From positions 310,001 to 374,000 of the forward strand of contig JABVCE010000019.1 in the NCBI GenBank assembly GCA_014905635.1: 64,000 nt of DNA, given 5' to 3'. The position numbers were made by a program, and so were the translations under genes. The DNA is from Scenedesmus sp. PABB004 (lineage: Eukaryota). The notes beneath the pieces were generated by a model. That model saw only the letters and a list, made by a program, of their open reading frames with translations, was not told the DNA's origin and made no database searches. Position 1 is the stretch's first letter, and every line of letters begins with the position of its first letter. Below, in pieces: positions 1 to 10,807 of this stretch.

Positions 1-2925
1 GCGTCCTCCGGCCACTCGTCCTCGGGCATCGTGGCAAACCAGGGGTGGCCCGCGCTCAGCTCGAGCAGCAGGCCGCTCGCCGACCACTCCACGACGAGGT
101 CCGGCATCGAGGCGAGCCACACAAAGCCCTTGGACCTGCGCGCGGGCCGGCAGGCAGGTAGACAGCGGGCGGCGTCAGGCTCGCCCACGGCCCGGCTCTG
201 CCGGCACGGCCTGGCCGCCGCGCGCTCACCTGAGCAGGCAGCCACCGTCGGTCAGCAGGCGGGCCTGCGACGCGCGGATCTCGCGGCGCGCAGCCTCGAA
301 CTCCTCCAACCCCTCCCGGGCCTCGTCGTCGTCGTCGCCGTCGTCGTCGCTGCCATCGCTGCTCGCGTCGGACCCCGACTCGCCGTCGCCCTCGGCCTCA
401 GTGCTGCTCGCCTCAGACTCCTCCTCCTCCTCCTCCTCGTCCTCCTCCTCATCGCTGTCGCCCTCGGGCGGGGCCTGCGCCGGCAGCGCGCACGGCCGCG
501 GGCGGGCCGGTCAAGCGGGCCGGTCGGGCCTCGGCCTGGCTGATGAGACCCCATGCAGCCCGCCGGACCCAGCCGCGCGCGTGGCGCGGGGCCGCGCGCC
601 TGCGTGACGCGCGTGAGGAACGCCTGCTTGAGCAGGCCGAACAGGCGCCCCGGGTGGAAGGGGCGGCGCGCGCGGTAGACACATGAAGCGATGCCATACT
701 CCTCGCTCTCGGGCATGCCGCCGCGCAGCAGCTGCGACAGCGCCGCGGGGCCGCCCGCCGCGGCGCCCGGCGGCGGCAGCGTGCGCAGCAGCGACAGCCA
801 GCCGGGCGCCTGCGCCGCCTGTTGGTGTGCGCGCGCGAGCGAGCGGGGGCAGCGCAGCGGGTGAGTCCGGGGTCACAGGCCAGCGAGATGAGATGAGCAG
901 GCGCAGGCCAGCAGCCCCTAGGCCAGGGGCTCATCACGCACGTCCTGCATGCTGAACCGCCCCGTCAGCAGCACCTCGGCCAGCGGCACGTCGCAGCGCG
1001 TCGTCGGCACGAGGCGCGCGCGCGGGTTGAGCGCGGCGAGCTGCGCGGCGAGGCGCGCGGCGCCGGCCCGCCGCGCGGCCTTGCCCCCGGGCAGCAGGTC
1101 GGTCTTGTTCAGCAGAATGACGTCTGACGTCCAAGGCGGGGCCAACCGCGGCAGGCAGGCAGCGCAGGGGCGCGGAGCGAGCGAGTGCGCGGGGGGTCAG
1201 CGTCGCCCCGGGAGCGGCGCGCCGGCAGCCCTGCTGGCTTAAACCCTAAACCTAGAAACCCAGGGCTCCGCGAGCTTTGCACTAGCTCGCGCTCACCCGC
1301 AAACTCGATCTGGTCAAGGAGCAGGTTGGCGATCGTGCGCGCGTCGCCCTCGGGCACCTCGGCGCCGCCGTACCTGTCGCGGCCGGGCGGCGCGTGAGGG
1401 GCAGCGCCGCGCGGTGCGTCGGGGCCGAGCGAGCTAGCGCCGCGGCGGCAGGGCGAGGCAGCGCCTGGGCGGGCCAGGCGGGCGCCGGGCGGCTGGCCGC
1501 AGCGCGCCTGTCCTTGAGCTCCTCAATCGAGTGCAGGTTGTCGGCGAAGGCGCTCGCGTCCACGACGGTCACGCACGTGTCGAGCCGCACAAAGTCGCCG
1601 AGGCTGAGTTCGGCCAGCGGGTCGGCTGCGGCGGCGGGCTCGGCAGGCTCGGCCGCGCCGGGCTTGGCGTCCCCCCGGCCGGCTGCGCAGCGGCCTTGAC
1701 CCACGCGCACGCGCCGTCGGGGCACGCCTCGGCGTGCGCGGCCTGGTTGGCGCGGATCGCGGGCAGCAGCCTGACCAGCGCCGCGCGCGCCTCGGGCGGC
1801 AGCTCGCTCGCCGGCAGCGGGAACGCAAAGGTCTCGGCCACCGCCATCGGCTCGGAGATGCCTGGCGCGGGCAGGGCGAGAGGCAGGCGGCGTCATCGGC
1901 CGGCCGCGGCAGCGGCCGAGGCGGGCGGCAGGGTGGCAGGAGGGGTGCAGCGAGCGCGCAGGCCAACGCCCGCGCGCTGGTTAGCCCCAGGGGATGATGA
2001 TTGGTGATGTTCAATCACCTGTGCTCTCAATGACCACCAGGTCATACCGCCCCTCGGCCGCGAGCTCGGTCACCTGAACCAGCGGCGGCAGGCGGCGCAG
2101 CGCTCAGCAGGGCCCCCGCACTCGGCCGCCTGAGCCCGCAGGGCCCGTGCGCGCAGCCGGGCCCGCGCACGCGGCGCGGCGGGCGCGGCGTGCGCCACCT
2201 GCAGCAACAGGTCCTCACGCAGCGTGCAGCAGATGCAGCCGCTCTCCATGCTGACCAGCTTCTCCTCAACCTGCAGGGTTCAGGAGCGCGGCGGCAGGGG
2301 CGCGGCCCCAGCCGGCGGTCAGCGACAGCGGGCGCGGCGGCGCCGGCCGCCTGGCGCCCACGTCGGCGAGCGAGCAAGCCTGCCGCCGCCGCCGACCTGC
2401 ACGAGCGCGCCGTTGGTGATGAGCGCGGCGTCGATGTTGAGTGCTGCGCGTGGCGGCGGCGCGGCGGGGTGGGGCGGGGCGCGGGCTGGCCGCAATGGGG
2501 GAGGGAGGGGAGGCGGCGGCGGCGCGGCACGCACCTGCCATGTCGTTGACGATGACTGCCACGCGCAGCCCATGCTTGTTTTTGAGGATGTGCTTGAGCA
2601 GCGTCGTCTTGCCTGGGCGCCCAGGGGCGCGCGCGCGGGGAGCTCCGGTCATGGCGAGGCCCGCGGCCGCGCAGGGCGCGCAGGGCGCGGGGGCCAGGCG
2701 ACCGGCGCGCGAGTGCGTGCGGCGGCGGCGGGCGCCGGCGGCGGCGGTCGCGACGTTGGTGCGGTGCGAGGGCGCCTAGAGCGTGCCTGAGCCGAGGAAG
2801 CCGCTGAGAAGCGTGACGGGCAGGCGGCAGTCCTTGGCGCGCAGCGCCTGAGCGTCCAGGGGCAGGGCCGCAGCGTTGCCGGCCGCCGCCGACGCGGGCG
2901 CCTCGTGCGTCGTGCGGCCGGCCAT
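1..2925 (-). CDS. COG0523/CobW-family G3E P-loop GTPase (putative Zn metallochaperone), multi-exon, 3' end runs off the window start
   Basis: Spliced translation: LPVTLLSGFLGSG|KTTLLKHIL (Walker A), VAVIVNDMA, GCICCTLREDL (CxCC metal motif), VVIEST|GISEP, LDTCVTVVDA, LLLDQIEFA|DVILLNKTDL (NKxD), and CobW_C signatures VYRARRPFHPGRL and LLR|SKGFVWLAS. Apparent 1-nt frameshift in the C run at ~1671-1676. Confidence 0.93.
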
Positions 2926-3686
2926 CGTCGCGCGGCGGCGCTTTGGCGCGAGGGCCCGAGCGGCGCTGGCCTGCTGGCGCTTGGCAGTGCCTCCGCGCGT
3001 TGCCGGCGCGTCGCCTCCTGGCATGGAGGGCGGCCTGAGTGGTGCAGCGGGAGGCGCAAGCGGGTGGCGGCAGTGGGGGCGAGGCCCGAGGCGTGCTGCT
3101 GGCCGGTCCGGCCGCGCCGGCGCGGTGCTCACCGGCTGCGCCGCGGTGGCGTCGCCGCTCACCGTGACTGCGGCGCGCGCCCGATCGTCAAAGAGATTGA
3201 TCCGGCGTGTGTGTGTGGCAGCGGTGGAGCGGGAGCGGGGCGCCACAAGCCCCTTTTTTTGCTGAGCGATGGCTGGACGGCGGCGGGACTGCGCCGCACG
3301 TACCGGCGGCGCGCGGCGGCGTGCGGCGCGCGGCGGCCAGGGCCCTGCGCGTGGCTTTCCACGGCTGTACAGGCGGTCGGGCGGCTCTGCCCGGGCAGTG
3401 GAGCGCAGCGGCGCGTCGCGCGGGGCGGTCCAGCGGCGGCGGCGGCGCAGCGGTGGACCGCGGCCGGCCAGCGGCGCAGCGATGTCGCTCAACGTTTCCC
3501 GCACGTCCAGTGCGCTCCGGCCACCGTTTCGCTCGCGCAGTGCAGCGCGCAGCCAGCCGGGAGGGCGCTCGGCCTCCCGCGCCAGCGGCGGCAGCAGCAC
3601 GAGCCCTCGCGCGCCCCACGCGCCGGGCGAGCCGCCCCCCACTCGCAGAACGCGCGCTGCTGCAGCAAACTGCCCACGCGGCGGCG

Positions 3687-5421
3687 ATGGCGGCGGCGCA
3701 GCGGCGGCGGCGGGCGAGCGGGCCTGGCGGCGGCGCAGCAGCGGCCGACGCGGCGCCGTTCCCGTTGCTTCGCCTGGCGGAGGAGCTGCCCGGCGTGTTT
3801 GAGGTGCTGCGGCGGAGGGGCGTCGCGGCGGGGGCGGCGAGCAGCAGCGAGCAGCGGCGAGCAGCAGCGAACGGCGGAGCCGACCTCCCGCGCACACCGC
3901 CGGCCGCCGCTGTCGCTGCCCCCGCTCCACAGGAGGCCGTGCTGTCGGTGCTGCAGCCGCGGCACGCCGCGGCGCTGGCGGAGAGCTGCGCTGCGCTCGC
4001 GGAGCTCGTGCAGCGGCGCGCGCGGCGCCTGCGGCTCGCCGCGGGCGCGTGCTGCCACGTGACGGAGCACCGCGGCCTCGCCGCGGCGATGCCGGGCGTG
4101 ACCGAGGTGCGCGCCGCCCGCGCGTGCGCGCGCGCCGGGCAGCGCGCCACGCCGCCGCGCCACGCCGCTGCACCTGGCGCCGCTCACGCCGCTCTCGGGC
4201 GCAGGTCGTGGCGAAGCCCGGCAACCTGCACGAGGCCATGTTTGTGGTGCCCCTGTTCCTGATGCAGGCGCGCGGCCGCTGGCCCCGCAGCTGCCGCCGC
4301 CAGGCCTGCCCCCGCCGCCGACTGCCGCCGCCTCCCTCACCACCCGCCACCACCACAGAGCGCGGCGCACTTGGCACACCTGACCTCGCTGCAGCTCCAT
4401 GACCTGCTGCCGGACAGGCGCGCCCGCCGCCGCTGCCGCCGCCACCGCTGCCGCTGCGACAGCCGCAGCGACAGCCGCAGCGACACACACACACACAGCC
4501 GCAGCGACACAGCCGCAGGCGGGCCGACACGCCGCGCCGCGCCGCCGCCGTCGCCGCCGCAGGGTGCCGCTGCACCAGGTCAAGTGCGCCGCGTGCCCCG
4601 CCTACACCACCACGTACGACCTCTCCGCCATCCTCGCCACCGCGGCGTCCTGCCTGCCCCGCCTGTCGGCGCTGGACTTTGCCACGCACTACGTCAGCGA
4701 GGCGGAGTGCGCGGCGATCGGACGCATGACAGGCAGGCTGCCTCGCCCACACTCCCACCCCGCGCGCGCGCCCCACCCTGCCGACGCCGGCGCCGCGCCG
4801 ACGCCAGCACCGCGCCGACACGTGCCGCGGCGCACCCACCCCGCTGGTCGGCGCCGCGCCGCAGGGCTCACGCGCCTGCAGCTGCGTGCGTCGCACGGCC
4901 TCAAGCTCGGCGCGCTGTCGCGTCTGCGCGCGCTGGACGCGCTGCAGGACGTGCGGCTGCTGCACCGGAGCAGCCGCGGCGACGCGGGCGACGTAGGATG
5001 GCTGCTCGGGCGCAGCAGCATGCGCCGCCTAGCCATCGGCTACCAGCCGGCGGTGCTGCTGCCGCTGCTGGAGGGCCTGCGCGAGCTGCAGGCCGCGGCG
5101 GGCGCGGCGCCCGGGGACGGCGGCGCGCCGGGGCCCGGCGCCGGCGCCGCGCTCGCGGCGGCGGCGGAGGCGGCGGCCGAGCCGCCCCGCGGCGCCGCGG
5201 GCGCGCGCGCGGCGGGGGCGTCGCAGCTCGCAGCGATCCCGCCGCCGCCGCTGGCCGAGCTGAGCGCCGTGCTGAGCGTCTATTATGGAGCTGGCCCCCA
5301 GGCACTCACCGCCGCCTGTGCGCTGACCGGCCTGACCAAGCTTCAGCTCGGCTGGTGCGCGCGCGCGCGCGCACGCCCACGCCGCCGCGCGCCGCCGCGT
5401 GGCAGGGCCGCCCGCCCGTGA

Positions 5422-5461
<40 letters not shown>

Positions 5462-7522
5462 GCCGCCGCGCAGGCTGGTGCGCCCAGAGCATGAGCTGAT
5501 GGATGCAAGCGTGGACGCGGTGCTCCCGCCTGAGGCGCAGCAGGCCGCGTTTGGCCAGCTCACGGCGCTCCGCAGCCTCGGCCTGGGTTGGGCGCCGCGG
5601 CATTCGGTGCTGTCCGCGCTCGCGCCGCTCACAGGTGCGGGCGGCGGCGGGCGGCGCGCACCTGGCGGGCCGGTGCGCCGCAGCGGCCGCTCTGGTGCTG
5701 CACCCGAGCCCGCCGCGCGCCGCCGCTGCGCAGGCCTCACGGAGCTGCACCTTGGCGGCCTGGGCATCACGCCCCCGTCGCCGCTGCTCCGGCTGCCCCA
5801 CGTGCGGCGGCTGACGGCACACGTGCGCGCGGTGCTGGGCCAGCAGCCGGCGCAGGCGCCACTGGACGAGGAGGAGGACGAGGCGGCGCCTGCCCCGGCG
5901 GTTCAGGGGCCGGGGCAGGCGCAGCAGGGCGAGCCGCAGGCTGCGGAGCAGCAGCAGCCCGAGCAGGCGGCCCCGCCAACGGTGGCGGTCGTGCTGTCAG
6001 CGTTCCCTGCCCTGACCCGCCTGGAGTTCACGGGCGCGCTGTCGGGCCAGGCTCTCTCGCAGCTGCCCGCCCACGCGCCGCTCGGGCTGCGCGAGCTCCT
6101 GCTGCCGCAGCGCCTCGTGCGGGCCAGCTGGCAGGACGTCGCAAGGTGCGGTGATCTTGCGGCTGGCTCGGGGCGGGCGCTGACGCTGCGGCGACGACAG
6201 CGCCGCCGCGCTCACGCGCGCCGCCGCCGCCACCGCTGCAGGCTGCAGGAGTTCACGGGGCTGACCAGCCTACGGCTGGGCTGGCGCGCGGGGCTGCACG
6301 CGGGCCCGCCCTCCCTGCCGGACCAGCCAATCCTGGGTCAGCTGAACGGTGAGCTGCCCGCCGCGCGCCCCCCGCGCCGAGCCCGCCGCGGCGCTGCTTG
6401 CAGCTGCACAGGCCGGCTGCGGCGCCGAGCAAGCGGCGCGCCACCGGGCCGGCCCGCCCATGCCCACGCGCGCGCAGCGCCCGCCTGCCGCCCCCGCCGC
6501 TGCAGACATCCAGATGCAGGCGCTGGCGGCGGTGGACGACGGCGGGCCGCTGCAGTGCCGCGTGCCCAGCCTGTCGGCGCTCACCGAGCGCCTGCCGGCA
6601 TCTGCGGAGCCGCCGGCCGGCGCCGCGGCCGGGTCAACGGCCGCGGGCGCCGCACCGCCCGCGCCGCCGCACTGCACCGCGTGCGGCGCGGCGCCCGCGC
6701 CGGGCTGCTGCTGCCGGCTCGAGCGCCTGGAGGTGGTCGGCCCGGCCTCGGCGGCCGAGCTGGCGCACCTGGCGGCCCTGCCGTCGCTGCGGGAGCTCGT
6801 CCTTCGGGACAACGCCTGCTGGAGCAGCGGCCTGCCCCTGGACAGCCTGGCGGCCGCGCTGGCGGCCTGCGGCCGCCTCACGCGCGTGTCGTTCGTCGGC
6901 GTGCCCCGCCTGGACGGCCTTGCCCTGGAGCGCGCGCTCCTGCGCCTGCAGCAGCAGGGCCAGCAGCAGCAGCCGCAGCCTCAGCAAGAGCAGCGCGGCG
7001 CCGCCGGCGCGCGGCGCGACCGCCGGAAGGGCGGCGGCGCCGCCGCCGCCGCGCCGGCCGACGCGGCGGCCGGCAGCAGCGCGGCGGCCGGCGGCAGCGC
7101 GGCGGCCGGCGGCGCGAGCGGCGCGGGCGGCCTGCTGGACATTGCCGTGCAGGTCCACGGCGGCTGCAGCGCGGCCGAGCTGGGCCTGGCGTACCAGGCG
7201 ATGGGCACGATGGTCAGCCTCGGCGAGGAGTGGGGCCCGGGCGAGCAGGCGGGCGCGGGCGGCGAGGGCCCCGAGCCCGGCGAGCTCATCCCAGGGTTCA
7301 TGCTCGCTGACTTTGGCTGGGCCGCCGGCGGCGCGCCCTGGGCCGCGCCGCCGCCGCTGCCGGGCGGCGCGGCGCTGCCGGGCGGCGCGGGCGCGCCGGG
7401 CGCCGCCGCGCCGCCGGGCGGCGGCGGCGCCGCACGTCAACGCGCTGGTGCAGGCGCTGGTGCAGATGGCGGATGTGCTCGGCGTCCCGGGCGGCGGCGG
7501 CGGCGGCGGCGGCGGCGCTTGA
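3687..7522 (+). CDS. Leucine-rich-repeat (RNI-like, possibly F-box-like N-terminus) protein, multi-exon
   Basis: Recurring LxxLxxLxL segments across exons (LTSLQLHDL, LTRLQLRAS, LTGLTKLQLG, LTELHLGGL, LTRLEFTG, LPSLRELVLRDN). TGTAA at 7670. The C-terminal frame is uncertain (apparent shift near 7418), so the stop is 7522 or 7638. Confidence 0.7.
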
Positions 7523-7669
7523 TGTTGTGCGCGCGCGGTGGCGGCGTCGTTGAGTTGAGCCTGCCGTGGGCAACTGTTCCGAGGGCGCTGGTCTGCGTGC
7601 GCAGCCTCGGGTTGCGCGGGCGCGCGGCGTGTGCCTGACCTGCGCGCGCGCGCAGCGTGTGCCCCGACC

Positions 7670-7693
7670 TGTAACTTGCGACGCTCAGTTACA
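7670..7693. terminator. Back-to-back TGTAA polyadenylation signals for two convergent genes
   Basis: TGTAA on + at 7670-7674 and TTACA (TGTAA on -) at 7689-7693, forming the inverted repeat TGTAACT...AGTTACA. UGUAA is the established chlorophyte near-upstream poly(A) element. Confidence 0.6.
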
Positions 7694-8104
7694 CGCCCGC
7701 CCCGCCATGGCGCCGGTGGCGTCACCAGCGCATGTGTATGTGCATTGGGCAAGCCCGCGCGCGCCACACCACAAGCGTGGGCCGCGCCCGCGGGGCGGCC
7801 ACAGGGGCGCCCCGCGTCCGGCGGCGGCGGCCCGCCCCGCACGCTGAGATGCAGGTGCGGGACGCGGCCCCCCTCTTATGTAGCGCAGATTAGTTGGATG
7901 GGCCGCAGCCAGGGCCCGGGGGCAGTGCATTCACACGCTGCAGCCGCCGTAGGGGCGGCTTCGATTGAGCGGACCGCGCGCGCGCGGCAGACCGCGCGCG
8001 CGGCACGACCAGGCGCGGCCTCAAAGTGCACTTTGAGCCCCCGCCTGCTCGTCCCGCGCTCGCCACGGCACCGCCGCGCTCCCGCAGTCCCGGAGGTCAG
8101 TTTT

Positions 8105-8726
8105 TCACAGGTACGAGACCAGGCGGTTCCTCGTCGTCACGGGGATGCCCTTGTACGAGGGCTGGTTCTTCTCCCAGACCTTGAAGCTCTTGTAGCTGTC
8201 GGCGGCAGCGGCAAGGCGGCGGGGAGGGCGTGAGTGTGCACGGCGCCTGGCGCGGCGCCGGCAGCGCGCGCGGTCGCGCTTACGCGTCGACGCTAGACCA
8301 ATCGGTGTAGCCGGCAATGTCGCCCCAGGTGGTGTCCTTGGCGCCGAAGAGCAGGCCGTCGTTCTGCTGGCCGATCCAGTAGCCGTTGACCGAGTTGGCG
8401 TTCACCTTGTTCCAGGAGTTGTAGAGCGCGATGCGCACGGCCTTGGAGCCCGCGGCCGCGCCGACGCCGCCCTTCAGCCCCCAGACGAAAACCTGGCGCA
8501 CCACGAGCGCCTCTGCGGGCGGGTGGGCGGGCGGGCGCGGCGCCGTTAGCGCGCGGGGGCGCGGTGGCGGTGGTACCATCCCGGTCGCATGGTCACCGGC
8601 CGGCGGCCGGTGACCGGGCGGGAGCGCGCAGCCGCGCCGCGTGATGCGCGCGGATCACGCACCGGACGTGGTCGCGAGCGCGAGCAGGGCCACGAGGGCC
8701 AGCGCGACGGAGGTGGCCTTGGCCAT
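8105..8726 (-). CDS. Small secreted protein (~130 aa), 3 exons, unknown function
   Basis: Signal peptide MAKATSVALALVALLALATTSEA. Two GT-AG introns join in frame to give LVVRQVFVWGLKGG...YTDWSSVDA|YKSFKVWEKNQPSYKGIPVTTRNRLVSYL*. Strong coding-like codon bias. Confidence 0.8.
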
Positions 8727-9085
8727 TTTGCCGGCGGGCTGCAGGCGCGAGGGCGCGGAGGACGGCGGGCGCGGATGCCTGGAGGATGAAAGGATGGGTG
8801 GGGTGGCGCTAAGGGCGCCGCCACGCGCTAAATGGCGGCGCAAATGGAACCCGGCAGGCGAGCGGCCGTGGAACGGGACACCGGCAGAACGCCGCCGGCG
8901 CGATCAGCCGTGAGTCAGCCACGTTGTGGTACCATCCGCGCGCGCGGAGCGAGCGGGTGCGCGAGCTCGCGACGGCCCAGTGCTCCGCGGCCGGCGAGCG
9001 CCCGCTTGCGCCGGCCCAGTGCTCCGCCTGGGCCCGCTCCCTGACCTGCTGAGCCGCGCGAGCCCTCCCCGCACCCTCGAGCGTC

Positions 9086-10468
9086 ATGCCGTCCGGCTCG
9101 CGGCCCCCGCCGCGGGCGTCACCGGCGCTGGCGGTGCCGCCGCTGCTGCTGCTGGTCACCTGGTCCGCGGCGGCAGCAGCAGCGGCGCCGCTCGGCAGCC
9201 CCTCAGACTACGACGTGCAGCCAGTCGCCGCGCCCCTGTGTGGCGGCGCGGGCGACGCCCGGCTGTACATGCCGCGCACGCCGCTCACGCGGCCGGCGCC
9301 GCTGGTGGTGATGCTGCCCGCGCTCGGCCAGGGCGCGGACGCGCCCTCGCTGGCGGCGTACGCCCACGTGTTTGCCTCCAACGGCCTGGCCGTGCTCGTC
9401 CTGTCCGCGCCGTGCGCGCCCGGCGGCGGGCGCGGCGCGGCGGGCCTCTCTGGCGGCTGCTTCGCCCGCGGCGTCGCCGCGGCGGTGCGCGGCCTGGCGG
9501 CGCGCGGCGCCGTCGACGCCGGCCGCGTCGCCTACTGGGGCACGGAGTGGGGCGGCGCGGTGGCGGCGGAGGCCGCCGCGGCCGCGCCGGAGGGCCAGGT
9601 GCAGGCGCTGGTGCTCCAGGTGCGCAGCCTTGGCAGCTGGGCGCGCACGCGCGCGCCCGCCGGGCGCGCGCGGCGGGGCGCGACGCTCGTGCCCACCACC
9701 CCCGCCCGCCGCCGGCGCTGTCCGCCCGCCGCGCAGGCGCCCTGGCTGGGCGGCACGCGTGCCGCGGCCTGGCGGCGCCTGGCCGGCCTGGGTTGGGCGC
9801 GCGCGTCGCGCGCGCTGGGCGCCGCCCTGCTGGACCAGGTCTTTGCTGCGCCGGGGCTGCCCGCCCCGGCGTGGCTGTCGGTGCCGGTGGCTGGCGCGCC
9901 GGGCTCGGGCGCGCTCCTAGAGCTGGGGCCCGACGAGCTGGCGCTGCAGCGCGCGGCGACGGGCGCGGGCGCCGGCGCGCGCGGCGCGGCCTGCGGGGCA
10001 GGCGCGCTGCTGGGCCTGCTGCTGCGCGGCAGCCCCGGCGCGGGCCCGCTGTCGGCGCTGTCGATGCCGCTCGGGTATTACGCGACCGGCGGCGACGCCG
10101 ACTCGCCGCTGCCCGCGTACGTGGCACACTCCAAGACGGCGCGCTTTGTGGGATGGCTGGACGTGGCGGGCAGCCGCTACGCGCTGCTGGGCGGCGGCGT
10201 CGAGGCGACGCCCCGCTTCCAGGAGGTGGTCGCCGACCAGACCATGCTGCTGGTCGCGCTGCTCGGCGACACGGTCGCCCCGGCGCCGCCGGACGGCGGC
10301 GCGCCGGCCCAGCTGGGCGGCGACGCGGCGGGCGGCGCCGGCGCCGGCGGCGAGGGCGCGGACGGCGAGGGCGCGGGCGGCGAGGCCGGCGGCGACCAGC
10401 TGTTCCCCTTTCAGCGGGAAGGCATGGCGGTCAGGGGGCTCGGCGGGGGCGCGCACAGCGAGCTGTGA
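9086..10468 (+). CDS. Secreted alpha/beta-hydrolase-fold protein (probable pseudo-enzyme); one 117-nt in-frame intron at 9620-9736
   Basis: Signal peptide; ARLYMP...PLVVMLPALG, YAHVFASNGLAVLV, VDAGRVAYWGTEWGG (nucleophile-elbow position), ALVLQ|APWLGG and FQEVVADQ match the peptidase S15/dienelactone-hydrolase-like layout. Confidence 0.75.
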   Translation: MPSGSRPPPRASPALAVPPLLLLVTWSAAAAAAAPLGSPSDYDVQPVAAPLCGGAGDARLYMPRTPLTRPAPLVVMLPALGQGADAPSLAAYAHVFASNGLAVLVLSAPCAPGGGRGAAGLSGGCFARGVAAAVRGLAARGAVDAGRVAYWGTEWGGAVAAEAAAAAPEGQVQALVLQVRSLGSWARTRAPAGRARRGATLVPTTPARRRRCPPAAQAPWLGGTRAAAWRRLAGLGWARASRALGAALLDQVFAAPGLPAPAWLSVPVAGAPGSGALLELGPDELALQRAATGAGAGARGAACGAGALLGLLLRGSPGAGPLSALSMPLGYYATGGDADSPLPAYVAHSKTARFVGWLDVAGSRYALLGGGVEATPRFQEVVADQTMLLVALLGDTVAPAPPDGGAPAQLGGDAAGGAGAGGEGADGEGAGGEAGGDQLFPFQREGMAVRGLGGGAHSEL

Positions 10469-10807
10469 CGCGCGGCCGGGTAACTGGCGAGGCAGGCTCA
10501 GGGCGCGCCCGCCCGCCGCACGCAGCACTTGCGCGGACCGCGCCGCCGGTGGCGCTGCAGCGCGGCGCGCCAGGCAGCGTGCGATGCTGGCGCGTCGCCC
10601 GATTTGTTACCAAATCACCGCGACCGCGGGTGCAAGCTCGCCGCGCGCCTGTCGCCGCCGCGAGCCCCGCGCTGGCGGGGCTTGGCCGCGACGCGCTGCC
10701 AGAAGTCAGCAAGAACAGAGCTGGGAGGTGGAGTTCAGTGGTGGGAACGCCGAGCAGGGAGTGATCCGCAGCCAGCCACCGCCGCCCGCCCGCGCCGATG
10801 CGTGTGC

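Noticed and set aside
3300..3370. Two GTAC cores (CRR1/CuRE-like) upstream of the COG0523 gene
   Set aside because: About one to two 4-mers are expected by chance in this interval, so this is not distinguishable from background.
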